In this document: piece after piece, positions 39,049 to 48,111 of the stretch
How the letters are laid out: the number at the start of each line of letters is the position of its first letter
How positions within the stretch are numbered: position 1 is the stretch's first letter
DNA from: Candidatus Latescibacterota bacterium
GTDB lineage: Bacteria > Latescibacterota > UBA2968 > UBA8231
Direction of reading: 5' to 3'
Length of the DNA stretch: 64,000 bases
NCBI GenBank assembly: GCA_965215195.1
Contig: CBDCDC010000002.1
Coordinates: 3,136,001 to 3,200,000 of the forward strand
The notes under the pieces: model-generated
Seen by the model: the letters and a program-made list of their open reading frames with translations, nothing else
What the model was told of the DNA's origin: nothing
Database searches by the model: none
Program-made: the position numbers and the translations under genes

Positions 39049-39888
39049 TTAATCCCATTCGCACTGGAAATGGGTGCGCACTAAGTGCCAGCGGTCGGCC
39101 AGCATCGCGTCCTGCCGGTAGAGCACCTGTAGGCTGCATTGGCGCTCCAGCGACGAAGCCGGGTACTCGAACTCGAACTCCTGCACTCCCGCCCGATCCG
39201 CTTCGGGAATATCGGCCGAAGTGTAGATGTCTGGTTTGGTCGAAGTAAAGACGAGGGCCTTCTTGCGGCCGTAGGTCTTGAGCGGCACCTCGGAGGCAAA
39301 GGTAACGCGCCGCACCTTTTTGGGCAGCAGCAGATCGGTGTTGTCGATTAGCGCATCGCGCTGCCAGCGGCCAGCGAGGATGGCCTGCAAGTTGCCGATA
39401 AAGACCCGCTCCTTGTCGCCATCGGGCACGATCAAATAGAGGTAGCCCTTGCGCGCCTGCGTCGATATCGCGGCCACACCGCCCAAGCCCTCGAAGTCGA
39501 GGGAGATCGTCAGCCCAAACGAGCGATTGGGCGGCAGCGCGTGGAGCGACACGGCTTGGATCACCTGCTCGGCCACGCCGGCTTTCTTCAATTCCACCAA
39601 GGCATCCACCGAGGCGTCGCAGACGCAGCGCCGCTCCTCGAGCATCTTGACGATAGCAGCGGTGCCGAACTTGTTTGCGCTCAGCTTGCGCACGTCGTCG
39701 AGGCTCATCGGCAGTTGATCCGAGCGCTCGTAGTAGCGCTTGGGTAGCTGGCCGCCGTCCCAATCGACGATATTGATGATCGCCCCTTCGGCCAGTGGGT
39801 CCGTGATCTGATCGGCCGCTGGCGTGCTCTGCTGGGCCGCGGCCGGCAGGGCCAACGCCAGCGCGGCGATCCATAACTTGACGTACAT
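39049..39888 (-). CDS. Secreted hypothetical protein
   Basis: Signal peptide; helical module MSLDDVRKL..ALVELKKAGVAEQVIQAV; operonic spacing. Confidence 0.75.
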   Translation of the reverse strand: MYVKLWIAALALALPAAAQQSTPAADQITDPLAEGAIINIVDWDGGQLPKRYYERSDQLPMSLDDVRKLSANKFGTAAIVKMLEERRCVCDASVDALVELKKAGVAEQVIQAVSLHALPPNRSFGLTISLDFEGLGGVAAISTQARKGYLYLIVPDGDKERVFIGNLQAILAGRWQRDALIDNTDLLLPKKVRRVTFASEVPLKTYGRKKALVFTSTKPDIYTSADIPEADRAGVQEFEFEYPASSLERQCSLQVLYRQDAMLADRWHLVRTHFQCEWD

Positions 39889-39899
39889 GATTTTGCTCC

Positions 39900-41324
39900 T
39901 CAGCGAAAAGTGCGAAAGTTTAGGAAGACCTTTTCTCCGGCCGCCACCGCCACCTCGGGCAGCGTCTCCACGGCTAAGACCCGTCCCTCGTCGTCGAGCA
40001 ACTCTAGGGTTGGAGCGGCCGTGCCTGGTGCCACCGCCAGCCGGGCGATGCGGATGGCGTGTGGTAGCGCTAGCCAGCCGCGCGTGTCGGCCGCCTCGGT
40101 CGCCACGCCTAAGAGGTTGACCAAGCCGCCCAGCGCTTTGCCCAAACCCTCCTTGGCCCAGCTATCGTCCTCGTCCTCGTCGTCCTCAAATGCCTTTTCT
40201 ATGCCTTTAGACGCCAAATACTTGGCCAAGTTGCGGGCGACGGCGCGCAGCAAGATGGTGTCGAATTTCTGTGCAAAGGTCCGCTGGGCAATCGCGTCCA
40301 AGTCCTCGGCTTTGGCCGCCAGCGCACTCTGACCGCCAGCGCGCAACCGCACCCCGGCCACCTGCGAGGGGACCTCCCGGTATTCGGGCAGCGCCACCCT
40401 AAGCCAGTAATCCACTTGCTGGCGCTTATAGACGTGCGGATGGTGGTAGCGATAGACGGCCCGCTCCGACACTGCCCACACCTCCCGCTTTCCTTCGTCC
40501 TGCAAAATCGGCACGCTGAACTCAACTTGGTGCTTGCGCGGCACAAAGCCGCTCTCCACGAAGACTACCAACTCACTGTCGGAGGCCGGCTGCAACTCCC
40601 CTAACTCAAGCTGGTAGCGCTCGGTGTATTCCGCGACCTCGTCTTCGTATCCCAACCGCTGGGCCAGCCGCGCTAGGTCAATTATCAGCATCCGCGGCGC
40701 TTGCAGACCAAAGGCCGCTTCGTAGGCTTGATAGCCCTTTAGGGCATCTTTGTAGGAAATGTACGCGTCGTTCCACTCGCCCTCGGCCTCAAAAAAGAGA
40801 CCCGTCATGTACTGCAAAAAGGCGTCGTTCTTATAGCTGAGCTCGTACTCGGCCTGTTGCGCGTAATTTTCGAGCTTCAGGTTGGCCTTGCGGCACTCGA
40901 CTAATGCGGCCTGCCGGTCGCCCAGCCGAGCGTAGTTCATGGCGCGATAGTAGTGGATCAGGGCCAGCTCGAACTCCTCGCCGCGGTAGGCGATAATCGA
41001 ATCATTGGACAGCAGGGCCGCGATTTCGCGCGAGACCGAGCGGGTGTAGAGCTGGTCGCTTAGCCGCTCGGCCCGTTCAAACTCCAAGTTGGACGCCTCG
41101 TATTGGCCCTGATAGTGCAAAATCAGCCCTTTTTCTAGGTGGTAGAGCAGCTTGTTGGTCTTGCCGGTGGGCTTTTCCAGCCTACCGAGGGCCGCTTCGT
41201 AGTTGCCCTTTTCTAGCTGGTTGAGCGAATGGGACACATAGCCCGAATAAGCGGCCCCGCAACCGCTCAACAAGAGCAGCAGGACGACGCTGAGACCGAT
41301 GACCGATCTGCTGCTTTCCTGCAT
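39900..41324 (-). CDS. COG3014-family TPR-like lipoprotein
   Basis: Lipobox LSGC; YRGEEFE..IHYYRAMNY..ALVECRK; EAADTRGWLALP. Confidence 0.8.
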   Translation of the reverse strand: MQESSRSVIGLSVVLLLLLSGCGAAYSGYVSHSLNQLEKGNYEAALGRLEKPTGKTNKLLYHLEKGLILHYQGQYEASNLEFERAERLSDQLYTRSVSREIAALLSNDSIIAYRGEEFELALIHYYRAMNYARLGDRQAALVECRKANLKLENYAQQAEYELSYKNDAFLQYMTGLFFEAEGEWNDAYISYKDALKGYQAYEAAFGLQAPRMLIIDLARLAQRLGYEDEVAEYTERYQLELGELQPASDSELVVFVESGFVPRKHQVEFSVPILQDEGKREVWAVSERAVYRYHHPHVYKRQQVDYWLRVALPEYREVPSQVAGVRLRAGGQSALAAKAEDLDAIAQRTFAQKFDTILLRAVARNLAKYLASKGIEKAFEDDEDEDDSWAKEGLGKALGGLVNLLGVATEAADTRGWLALPHAIRIARLAVAPGTAAPTLELLDDEGRVLAVETLPEVAVAAGEKVFLNFRTFR

Positions 41325-41447
41325 ACGTGATTCCGTCCATGGCCCTCGCGCCGGCGACATGGATAAAGACTCCGCGTTAGGTCCACCAGATTGACCGTGT
41401 GTCATGTATAACACCTAAGCGAGGGAAAGTGTCCCTATTATTATACG

Positions 41448-41816
41448 TTATACGCGCTCGACCCGGATCGGCGCACCAGCGCACACGGCTGCCAACGTCC
41501 GCGGCGCGCCTTCGATTTGCCCGAGGACATTGACCTTGCTTACCAGCCGGCACTCGTCGCCTTGGGAGATCGGGGTCGGGCCGTAGGGTAGAGCTAGCGA
41601 TTGCCCCTCAACCCAAAAGCACACCGCGCCTTTTTCGACAACTTGACGGGCGTCGGGTTCCAGCGCGGACTGCACGGGTATCTCGAAGTAAATTTCCTCG
41701 CCCCAAGTGCTCGCTATCGAGGTGCAGGGTAGGGCTGCCCAGACCTTTTCGGCCGTCGGCGTAGCGTCCAAAATCGCCTCGACCGCGCCGTCATCCCAGC
41801 TAATCCGAATCCGCAT
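41448..41816 (-). CDS. Cyclophilin-like fold protein (TM1367/DUF369-like)
   Basis: WGEEIYFEIP, YGPTPISQGDECRLVSKVN; AGGAGG RBS. Confidence 0.85.
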   Translation of the reverse strand: MRIRISWDDGAVEAILDATPTAEKVWAALPCTSIASTWGEEIYFEIPVQSALEPDARQVVEKGAVCFWVEGQSLALPYGPTPISQGDECRLVSKVNVLGQIEGAPRTLAAVCAGAPIRVERV

Positions 41817-41912
41817 GGCACTCCTCCTGAAAACTTGCCCAAACCTTTGAGCCATCTTAATATAGGTGCCCATTTATCGGCTGCAAAACCGCCCATCGCA
41901 CAGGTAAAAATC

Positions 41913-42962
41913 ATGGAAAAACCCAATGTAGTAGTAGTCGGCTATGGCTTTGCCGGCCGCTGCTTTCACGCCTATCTAGTGGGGCTGGCCAGCGGCCTAA
42001 ACCTCTACGGCATCGCCAGCAGCCGGCCGCAGGCCCGCGACCAGATTCAGTGCGACTTGGGGGTAAAGACCTTCCGCTACTTCGACGAAGTGCTAGCCGA
42101 CCCAGCCGTCGATCTGGTCGTCCTCGCCACGCCCAACGACCTCCACGCCCCGCACGCGATCCAAGCACTGGCGGCCGGCAAACACGTGGTCACCGACAAG
42201 CCCATGTGCTTGAGCATGGCCGAGGCCGACCAGATGATCGCCGCCAGCCAAGCGCACGACCGCTTGCTCAGCGTGTTTCAGAACCGCCGCTGGGACGGCG
42301 ATTTCCTCGCCGTTAAAGACGCGCTGAGCAAAGGGCTGCTCGGCGATCTCTTTTTGCTGGAGATGTTCTGGGGCCAATACGGCCCTCCGCGCGGCTGGCG
42401 CAGCATAGCGCGGCACGGCGGCGGCAAATTCTTCGACCTAGGCGCACATCTGGTCGATCAGGCACTCCAGCTCATCGACGCGCCGCTCGCAAAGGTGTAC
42501 GCCACCTTCCACTCCGGCGACCCGCTCAGCATTGACGTCGAGGCCCACGCGCTGGCCGTGCTCCACTTTGCCAACGGCGTCGAAGCCCGGGTGGAGACCT
42601 CGTCGCTGGCGTGCCAAGCCAAGCCGCGCTGGTACGTGCTGGGCACGGCAGGCGCACTGGTCAAAGAGGGCGTTGACCCGCAGGAAAAGGCCATGATCGC
42701 CGGCGATATCGACGCGGCCGCAGAAGCGCCCGAGCACTACGCCCGCCTCTATCGGCCAACGGCGGGGCAGACGGCGGAAACCATCATTGAGACTGGGCCT
42801 GGCCGCTGGCGTTCCTACTACGAAAACATCGCCGACGCGCTCGCCGGCCGCGCAGCGCTGGCCGTCACCGCCCAGAGTGTGCGGCAGACCATGGTCGCCA
42901 TGGAGGCCGCCCGGCTCTCCGCCGCCGAGCAGCGGCCCATAGCCCCGGAGGAAGTCGGGTGA
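41913..42962 (+). CDS. Gfo/Idh/MocA oxidoreductase (YdgJ/IolW-like)
   Basis: VGYGFAG, KHVVTDKP, FQNRRWDGDF, DLGAHLVDQ. Confidence 0.92.
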   Translation: MEKPNVVVVGYGFAGRCFHAYLVGLASGLNLYGIASSRPQARDQIQCDLGVKTFRYFDEVLADPAVDLVVLATPNDLHAPHAIQALAAGKHVVTDKPMCLSMAEADQMIAASQAHDRLLSVFQNRRWDGDFLAVKDALSKGLLGDLFLLEMFWGQYGPPRGWRSIARHGGGKFFDLGAHLVDQALQLIDAPLAKVYATFHSGDPLSIDVEAHALAVLHFANGVEARVETSSLACQAKPRWYVLGTAGALVKEGVDPQEKAMIAGDIDAAAEAPEHYARLYRPTAGQTAETIIETGPGRWRSYYENIADALAGRAALAVTAQSVRQTMVAMEAARLSAAEQRPIAPEEVG

Positions 42963-43549
42963 AATTGCGGCCGGGCAACTACGGCAAGGAAACCAGCTTT
43001 GAGGTCCGCACGTTCGACGCCGAGATGCCCCTCGACGAATACGCCCGCCTGCCCAAACACCCGCTCTATCTGGTGCTCGACAATTTGCGCAGCGCCTTCA
43101 ACGTTGGCTCGATCTTCCGCACGGCCGATGCCGGCCGTCTAGGGGGCATCTACACCTGCGGGTACACGGCCCATCCGCCCCATCCCAAGCTCGACAAGAC
43201 GGCGTTGGGCACCCTCGCGTACATAGAGACCCGACACTTCGTCACCACCCTACAGGCCATTGAGCACTTGCACGCGCACCAAGTGCCGGTGTGGGCGCTG
43301 GAGACGACCTCGCAAAGCCGCTGCTACACCGAATTGGACTATCCGCGCCCCTTGGCCCTCATCGTGGGCAATGAGGCCCTTGGCGTGAGTTGCGCCGCGC
43401 TCGAGTGCTGCGACGAGCTGGTCGAGATTCCCATGTACGGCTACAAAAACAGTCTCAATGTCGCTGCGGCCAGTGCCATCCTCGTCTTTGAGGTCCTGCG
43501 CCAATGGCAGGCCATCGGCCCCATCTGCCAGCCCACCGCCCATGCCTAA
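42959..43549 (+). CDS. SpoU/TrmH-family RNA 2'-O-methyltransferase
   Basis: LDNLRSAFNVGSIFRTAD, VGNEALG, IPMYGYKNSLNVA. Confidence 0.93.
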   Translation: MKLRPGNYGKETSFEVRTFDAEMPLDEYARLPKHPLYLVLDNLRSAFNVGSIFRTADAGRLGGIYTCGYTAHPPHPKLDKTALGTLAYIETRHFVTTLQAIEHLHAHQVPVWALETTSQSRCYTELDYPRPLALIVGNEALGVSCAALECCDELVEIPMYGYKNSLNVAAASAILVFEVLRQWQAIGPICQPTAHA

Positions 43550-45371
43550 GGCCGCCCCTACGACTTGGGGGCCAGCCGCCCGCTTGTTCCGCGACTGGCT
43601 CGGCTTTGAGTTTGTCTCCCGCATTTATCTGTACAGCGCACTCATAGGCTTAATCGCCGGCTCGGGTGCGGTGCTTTTTACCTACGGCCTCGCGCTGGCC
43701 AAGTTCCTGCTGGTCGAGAAACTGGCCGGATACCGCCAGTTCTATCCCCACAACGAGGCACTATTCGACTTCTCCTTTCTCGACGCGCCCACCTACGGCG
43801 AGTTTTTGTGGCTGTTGCTGCTGCTGCCAGCGCTGGGCGGCCTGCTCGGCGGCTACCTCACTCACCGCTTCGCGCCCGAAGCCCAAGGCGCAGGCACCGA
43901 CGCCGTGATCGACGCCTTCCACAACCAACGCGGCCACATTCGCCCCATCGTCGCTCCGGTCAAGGCCCTCGCGACCATCATCACGCTGGCCTCCGGCGGT
44001 GCTGCTGGTCAGCAAGGTCCTTTGGTGCATATTGGCGCGGGCTTAGGCTCTTGGGTCGGCGACAAGCTCAAGCTCTCGGTTGCCCAGCGGCGGATTTTGT
44101 TGTTAGCGGGCACGGCCGGAGGCTTGGGCGCAATTTTCCGCGCACCCTTGGGCGCAGCGATCGCCAGTGTGGAAGTGCTCTACCGCGAAGACTTTGAAAG
44201 CGACGCCCTCATCCCCTGCGTCATCAGCTCCTTCGCGGCCTACGCCCTGTACATGGCCGTCTTTGGCTTCTCGCACATTTTCGCCCTGCCCGACCTGCTG
44301 TTCACGGATGTGCGCGAGTTGATTTTCTACTTGGTGCTGGGGTTTTTCTGCGCCTTGGTCGGCATTTTTTACGTCAAGGCCCTGCGCCTTGCGCGCACCC
44401 TCTTCGACCACCTGCCGCTACCCCGCTACTGGATCGTCTGCTGCGGGGGCTTGCTGGTGGGGCTGGTGGCCCTTATCGACCTGCGAGTGCTGGGCGATGG
44501 GTTCGGCGTCCTGCAACAGGGGCTCAACGGTGCGCTCGGAATCCGCGCCTTCCTAGCCCTCGCCCTGCTCAAAATCCTCGCCTCTAGCTGCACGATTTCC
44601 AGCGGCGGCTCGGGCGGGGTCTTCGGCCCCTCGCTCTTTATCGGTGGGATGCTCGGCGGTGCCGTGGGCCTGCTGGGCCAACAGTACTTTCCCCACATCG
44701 TCCACCAACCGGCCGCTTATATCGTGGTGGGCATGGCCTCGTTCTTCGGGGCAGTGGCCAACACGCCGCTAGCGGCCCTGATTCTCGTCATTGAAATGAG
44801 CGGCTCCTACCACCTGCTGCCGCCGCTGATGGTCGTCAGTGCCCTCGCGCTGATCTTCGCGCGCAACTTTTCCATCTACCAAAACCAAGTCCAAAACAAG
44901 TTCCACTCCCCGGCCCACATCAAAGACCTAACGGTCAATGTGCTGAACAATCTCCAAGTCCGCGAAGTATTTCCCCGCCTCAAAAACACCTCCGAGGCCA
45001 TCGTCAGCAATCAGCTTTCCTACTTTTCCCTAAGCACTCTGAGCAAAAAGCTGGGCCATCTGCACTTTGTCGTCACCAAGGCCAACGGCGGCTTGCGCGG
45101 CATGATTAGCCTCGAAGACCTCGACCTGCCCGAAGACGAGCTCCTGCACAACCTAGTCCTCATAGAGGACATGGTCGTCGACGTCCGGCCCATCGACGCT
45201 GAGGACAACCTGCACGAGGCCCTGCAAAAACTGCTCGATTCTGGCTACGACAAGCTGCCCGTGATGCACACCACAGACGAGGGGGAAGGCGAGTTTTGGG
45301 GTTATCTGATGTACTCAGATCTGATGCGCGTGTACCACGAGGAAGTCATTCGGTTGGAGGGAGAAAATTGA
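43542..45371 (+). CDS. ClC chloride channel/transporter family protein with CBS domains
   Basis: PEAQGAGTD, GQQGP, FRAPLG, GGSGGVFGP, SIY motif; C-terminal CBS pair. Confidence 0.93.
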   Translation: MPKAAPTTWGPAARLFRDWLGFEFVSRIYLYSALIGLIAGSGAVLFTYGLALAKFLLVEKLAGYRQFYPHNEALFDFSFLDAPTYGEFLWLLLLLPALGGLLGGYLTHRFAPEAQGAGTDAVIDAFHNQRGHIRPIVAPVKALATIITLASGGAAGQQGPLVHIGAGLGSWVGDKLKLSVAQRRILLLAGTAGGLGAIFRAPLGAAIASVEVLYREDFESDALIPCVISSFAAYALYMAVFGFSHIFALPDLLFTDVRELIFYLVLGFFCALVGIFYVKALRLARTLFDHLPLPRYWIVCCGGLLVGLVALIDLRVLGDGFGVLQQGLNGALGIRAFLALALLKILASSCTISSGGSGGVFGPSLFIGGMLGGAVGLLGQQYFPHIVHQPAAYIVVGMASFFGAVANTPLAALILVIEMSGSYHLLPPLMVVSALALIFARNFSIYQNQVQNKFHSPAHIKDLTVNVLNNLQVREVFPRLKNTSEAIVSNQLSYFSLSTLSKKLGHLHFVVTKANGGLRGMISLEDLDLPEDELLHNLVLIEDMVVDVRPIDAEDNLHEALQKLLDSGYDKLPVMHTTDEGEGEFWGYLMYSDLMRVYHEEVIRLEGEN

Positions 45372-46596
45372 CCGCCTCACTTGCGCCCTCTCCGTAGGGC
45401 GCGTGCAGATAGTGCTGCGCCCGTTGGTGGCTGTCTGCGTGGTCGGGCAAGCGCCGCACCCGCTGGTAGCGGAAAACGGCTTGCGCGCGGCGGCCGGCTA
45501 GGTCGTGTACTTGGCCGAGCAGCAGGTTGGCCAGCACGGCAAACGCCAGGTCCTGTTTGCGCTCGGAATCTGCGGCGAGGCTATCGGTCGCCGCCAAGTG
45601 GTCGGCGGCTTCGGGGTAGCGGCGCTCGAAGTACGCGTATCTGCCCAAGTAGTAATGCGCCTCTAAGCGGCCGTGGCGGTGATAGCCGGTCTGGCCGGCC
45701 AAGGTGCGCCGCACGTATTCCTCGTACAAAGCCACGCCCGAGCGCCAGCGGCCGAGTTCGATCATGGTCCGTGCGGCGTAGCGGTGGAAGATGGCGTTGT
45801 CCGGGTACCGCGCGTAGAGTTCCTCAAAATAGGGCAGGGCCTTGCGTTTGTCCTTTTCAAAAATACGGTAGATCTGGCCGAGGAAATAGGCGGCCTCAGT
45901 GCGGGCGTAGGCCCCCTCGCCAGCGACTTCCGCGAGCTGCTGGAGGCCCAGCACGCGATCGCCGTCGGGCAAAAAGGCCATGAGCGGACGGAGGATCCGG
46001 TGGCGTTGGGGCATGACCTCGGCGAAGTAGTGATACAGGCCCTGCCCAAAGAGGATGTCCTTGTTGGTCGGCTCGAGCTGACGGCTCTTCTTCAGGAGGG
46101 GCAGGCCGCGCAACCCATCGCGCGCCGCCCGGACGTACTGACCCCTGTCGCCGCGCAGGCGGCCGCGGAAACCAATGGCACCGCCCTTGAAGAGAATCGC
46201 GTCGAAGTCCATCGGGTCTTTTTTAAGACGGCGGTCGCAGACCTCAATGCACTGCTGAAGCCGGGCGTAGAACGCTGCGTCGTGGGTTTCGTCGGCCAAG
46301 TCTATGAGGATCCGCCACCAAGACACCATCGCGCGAAAGAAGTAGCCGAGGGGGTTATCTGGCTCGGCCGCGACAATGGCCTGAAAGTGGCGCTCGGCCT
46401 CGGCAAAGCGCAGATTGTAGATCAGATCAATGCCCCGCTGAATGCGCGCATCAAAGCCGCGCATCGTATAGGCAGAATCCTCGCTCCAAGCGGGCAGGGC
46501 CAGCCAGCAGCAGAGCAAAACCGCGCATCTGGGGTGCAGTGCATTCAAGGGACAGAGCTCAGCGCCTAACAGTAAAACAAAAACCAAGCTGCTCAA
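45346..46596 (-). CDS. Tetratricopeptide-repeat protein, probably exported (start uncertain)
   Basis: Helical TPR-like repeats (AAYFLGQIY, AHYYLGRY). Confidence 0.75.
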   Translation of the reverse strand: MSSLVFVLLLGAELCPLNALHPRCAVLLCCWLALPAWSEDSAYTMRGFDARIQRGIDLIYNLRFAEAERHFQAIVAAEPDNPLGYFFRAMVSWWRILIDLADETHDAAFYARLQQCIEVCDRRLKKDPMDFDAILFKGGAIGFRGRLRGDRGQYVRAARDGLRGLPLLKKSRQLEPTNKDILFGQGLYHYFAEVMPQRHRILRPLMAFLPDGDRVLGLQQLAEVAGEGAYARTEAAYFLGQIYRIFEKDKRKALPYFEELYARYPDNAIFHRYAARTMIELGRWRSGVALYEEYVRRTLAGQTGYHRHGRLEAHYYLGRYAYFERRYPEAADHLAATDSLAADSERKQDLAFAVLANLLLGQVHDLAGRRAQAVFRYQRVRRLPDHADSHQRAQHYLHAPYGEGASEAVNFLPPTE

Positions 46597-46616
46597 GAGT
46601 AGGATAAAAACGGATT

Positions 46617-47996
46617 ATGGCAACTGTGCAATGCGACATCGCAGTCATCGGCGGCGGCTCGGCCGGGTACGCAGCCGCACGCACGGCCCACGCGGCCGGC
46701 GCACACGTCGCGGTTATCGACCAAGGCCCTTGGGGGGGGCTGTGCATTCTGCGCGGCTGTATGCCCAGCAAGGCGATCCTGCGCTCGGCCGAAGTGGCCG
46801 CGCATCTGGGCCGCGCCCCCGAGTTCGGCTTAGCGCCGGTGGAAGTCCGCGCCGACTTAGCTGCCATCGTCGAGCGCAAGGCGCGACTGGTCGCCGACTT
46901 TGCCGCCTATCGCCGCGAGCAACTGAGCGACGGCCGCTTCGCGCTCTGCCAAGCACGCGCCCGCTTCCTCTCGCCGCAGGCCCTCCAAGCCGGCGACGAC
47001 GTCATTGAGGCCGGGCACTTTATCATTGCCACCGGCTCTACGCCCTGCCACGTCCCCATCCCGGGGCTGGACCAAGTAGGTTATATCACCAGCGACGAGG
47101 CCCTCAACCTGCGCCAGCAGCCAGAGAGCCTCCTCGTCCTCGGCGGCGGTCCCATCGCCGCCGAGCTGGCCCAATTCTTTCAGCGCATTGGTACGCAGGT
47201 AACGCTCATCCAGCGCAGCGATCACATTCTCTCGGCCGGCGACGAGGACTTGGCGCGGCCAGTTGAAGCGCGTTTCCGCACGGAGGGCATGGAGGTGTAC
47301 ACCGGCACGCAGCTGCGCCGATTCACCGAGGAAAACGGGCGCAAAGTCGCGCATTTTTCCCATGCCGGCGCGGAAAAGACGGCTTCGGCGGACCTCGTCC
47401 TCCAAGCCCTTGGCCGCCGCCCGCACATCGACGGGTTGGGCCTAGACCAAGCCGGCGTCGAGATCGCCAGCGGGCGCATTGTCGTCGATGCGGCCATGCG
47501 CACCAGCCAGCCCCACATCTACGCGGTCGGCGACGTCAACGGCGAGCACGAGGTCGTCCACATCGCCATTGAGCAGGGCGAGATCGCCGCGTACAATGCC
47601 ACCCACCCGGACCGCCCCGAGCACCGCTTTGACGACCGCCTCAACGCGCTGGTCGTGTTCACCGACCCGCAGGTGGCCAGCGTCGGCCTCGGCGAGCGGG
47701 ACTGCCGCGCTGCGGACCGACCCTATTTGGTCGCCAGCTACCCTTTTGACGACCACGGCAAGTCCCTGACGATGGGCGAGACCTGCGGCCACGCAAAAGT
47801 TCTCTGCGACCCGCGCTCGGGCGAAGTGCTTGGGGGCCACATTGTCGGCCCGGAGGCCGGCGAGCTGATCCACGAGCTGATCGCAGTGATGTACTTTCGC
47901 GGCACAGTGCGGGATTTGGCTAAAATTCCCCATTATCATCCGACCTTGGCGGAGATTCTCACCTATCCAGCCGAGGAATTGGCGGATCAGTTGTAG
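46617..47996 (+). CDS. Pyridine nucleotide-disulfide oxidoreductase (dihydrolipoyl dehydrogenase family)
   Basis: GGGSAG, GGLCILRGCMPSK, GGGPIAAE, YAVGD, HYHPTLAE. Confidence 0.92.
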   Translation: MATVQCDIAVIGGGSAGYAAARTAHAAGAHVAVIDQGPWGGLCILRGCMPSKAILRSAEVAAHLGRAPEFGLAPVEVRADLAAIVERKARLVADFAAYRREQLSDGRFALCQARARFLSPQALQAGDDVIEAGHFIIATGSTPCHVPIPGLDQVGYITSDEALNLRQQPESLLVLGGGPIAAELAQFFQRIGTQVTLIQRSDHILSAGDEDLARPVEARFRTEGMEVYTGTQLRRFTEENGRKVAHFSHAGAEKTASADLVLQALGRRPHIDGLGLDQAGVEIASGRIVVDAAMRTSQPHIYAVGDVNGEHEVVHIAIEQGEIAAYNATHPDRPEHRFDDRLNALVVFTDPQVASVGLGERDCRAADRPYLVASYPFDDHGKSLTMGETCGHAKVLCDPRSGEVLGGHIVGPEAGELIHELIAVMYFRGTVRDLAKIPHYHPTLAEILTYPAEELADQL

Positions 47997-48033
47997 GGCC
48001 TCCCATGGGACGCTCTATATTAAAATCATGGAC

Positions 48034-48099
48034 GTAGGGGTGCCCCTTGTGGGCATCCTATTTTCAAAGCATTAGGGCACCCACAAGGAGTGCCCCTAC
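48034..48099. repeat. GTAG-type REP doublet (REPIN-like)
   Basis: GTAGGGGTGCCCCTTGTGGGCATCC ... GGGCACCCACAAGGAGTGCCCCTAC in inverted orientation. Confidence 0.75.
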
Positions 48100-48111
48100 A
48101 AAGAGGATGTT

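Noticed and set aside
38432-39874. 480-aa ORF from the track
   Set aside because: The upstream part overlaps the real 39049-39888 gene in another frame; the lipoprotein start is at 39028
46617-47996. Mercuric reductase merA
   Set aside because: No C-terminal Cys-Cys pair and no mer operon; it has an HPT motif instead
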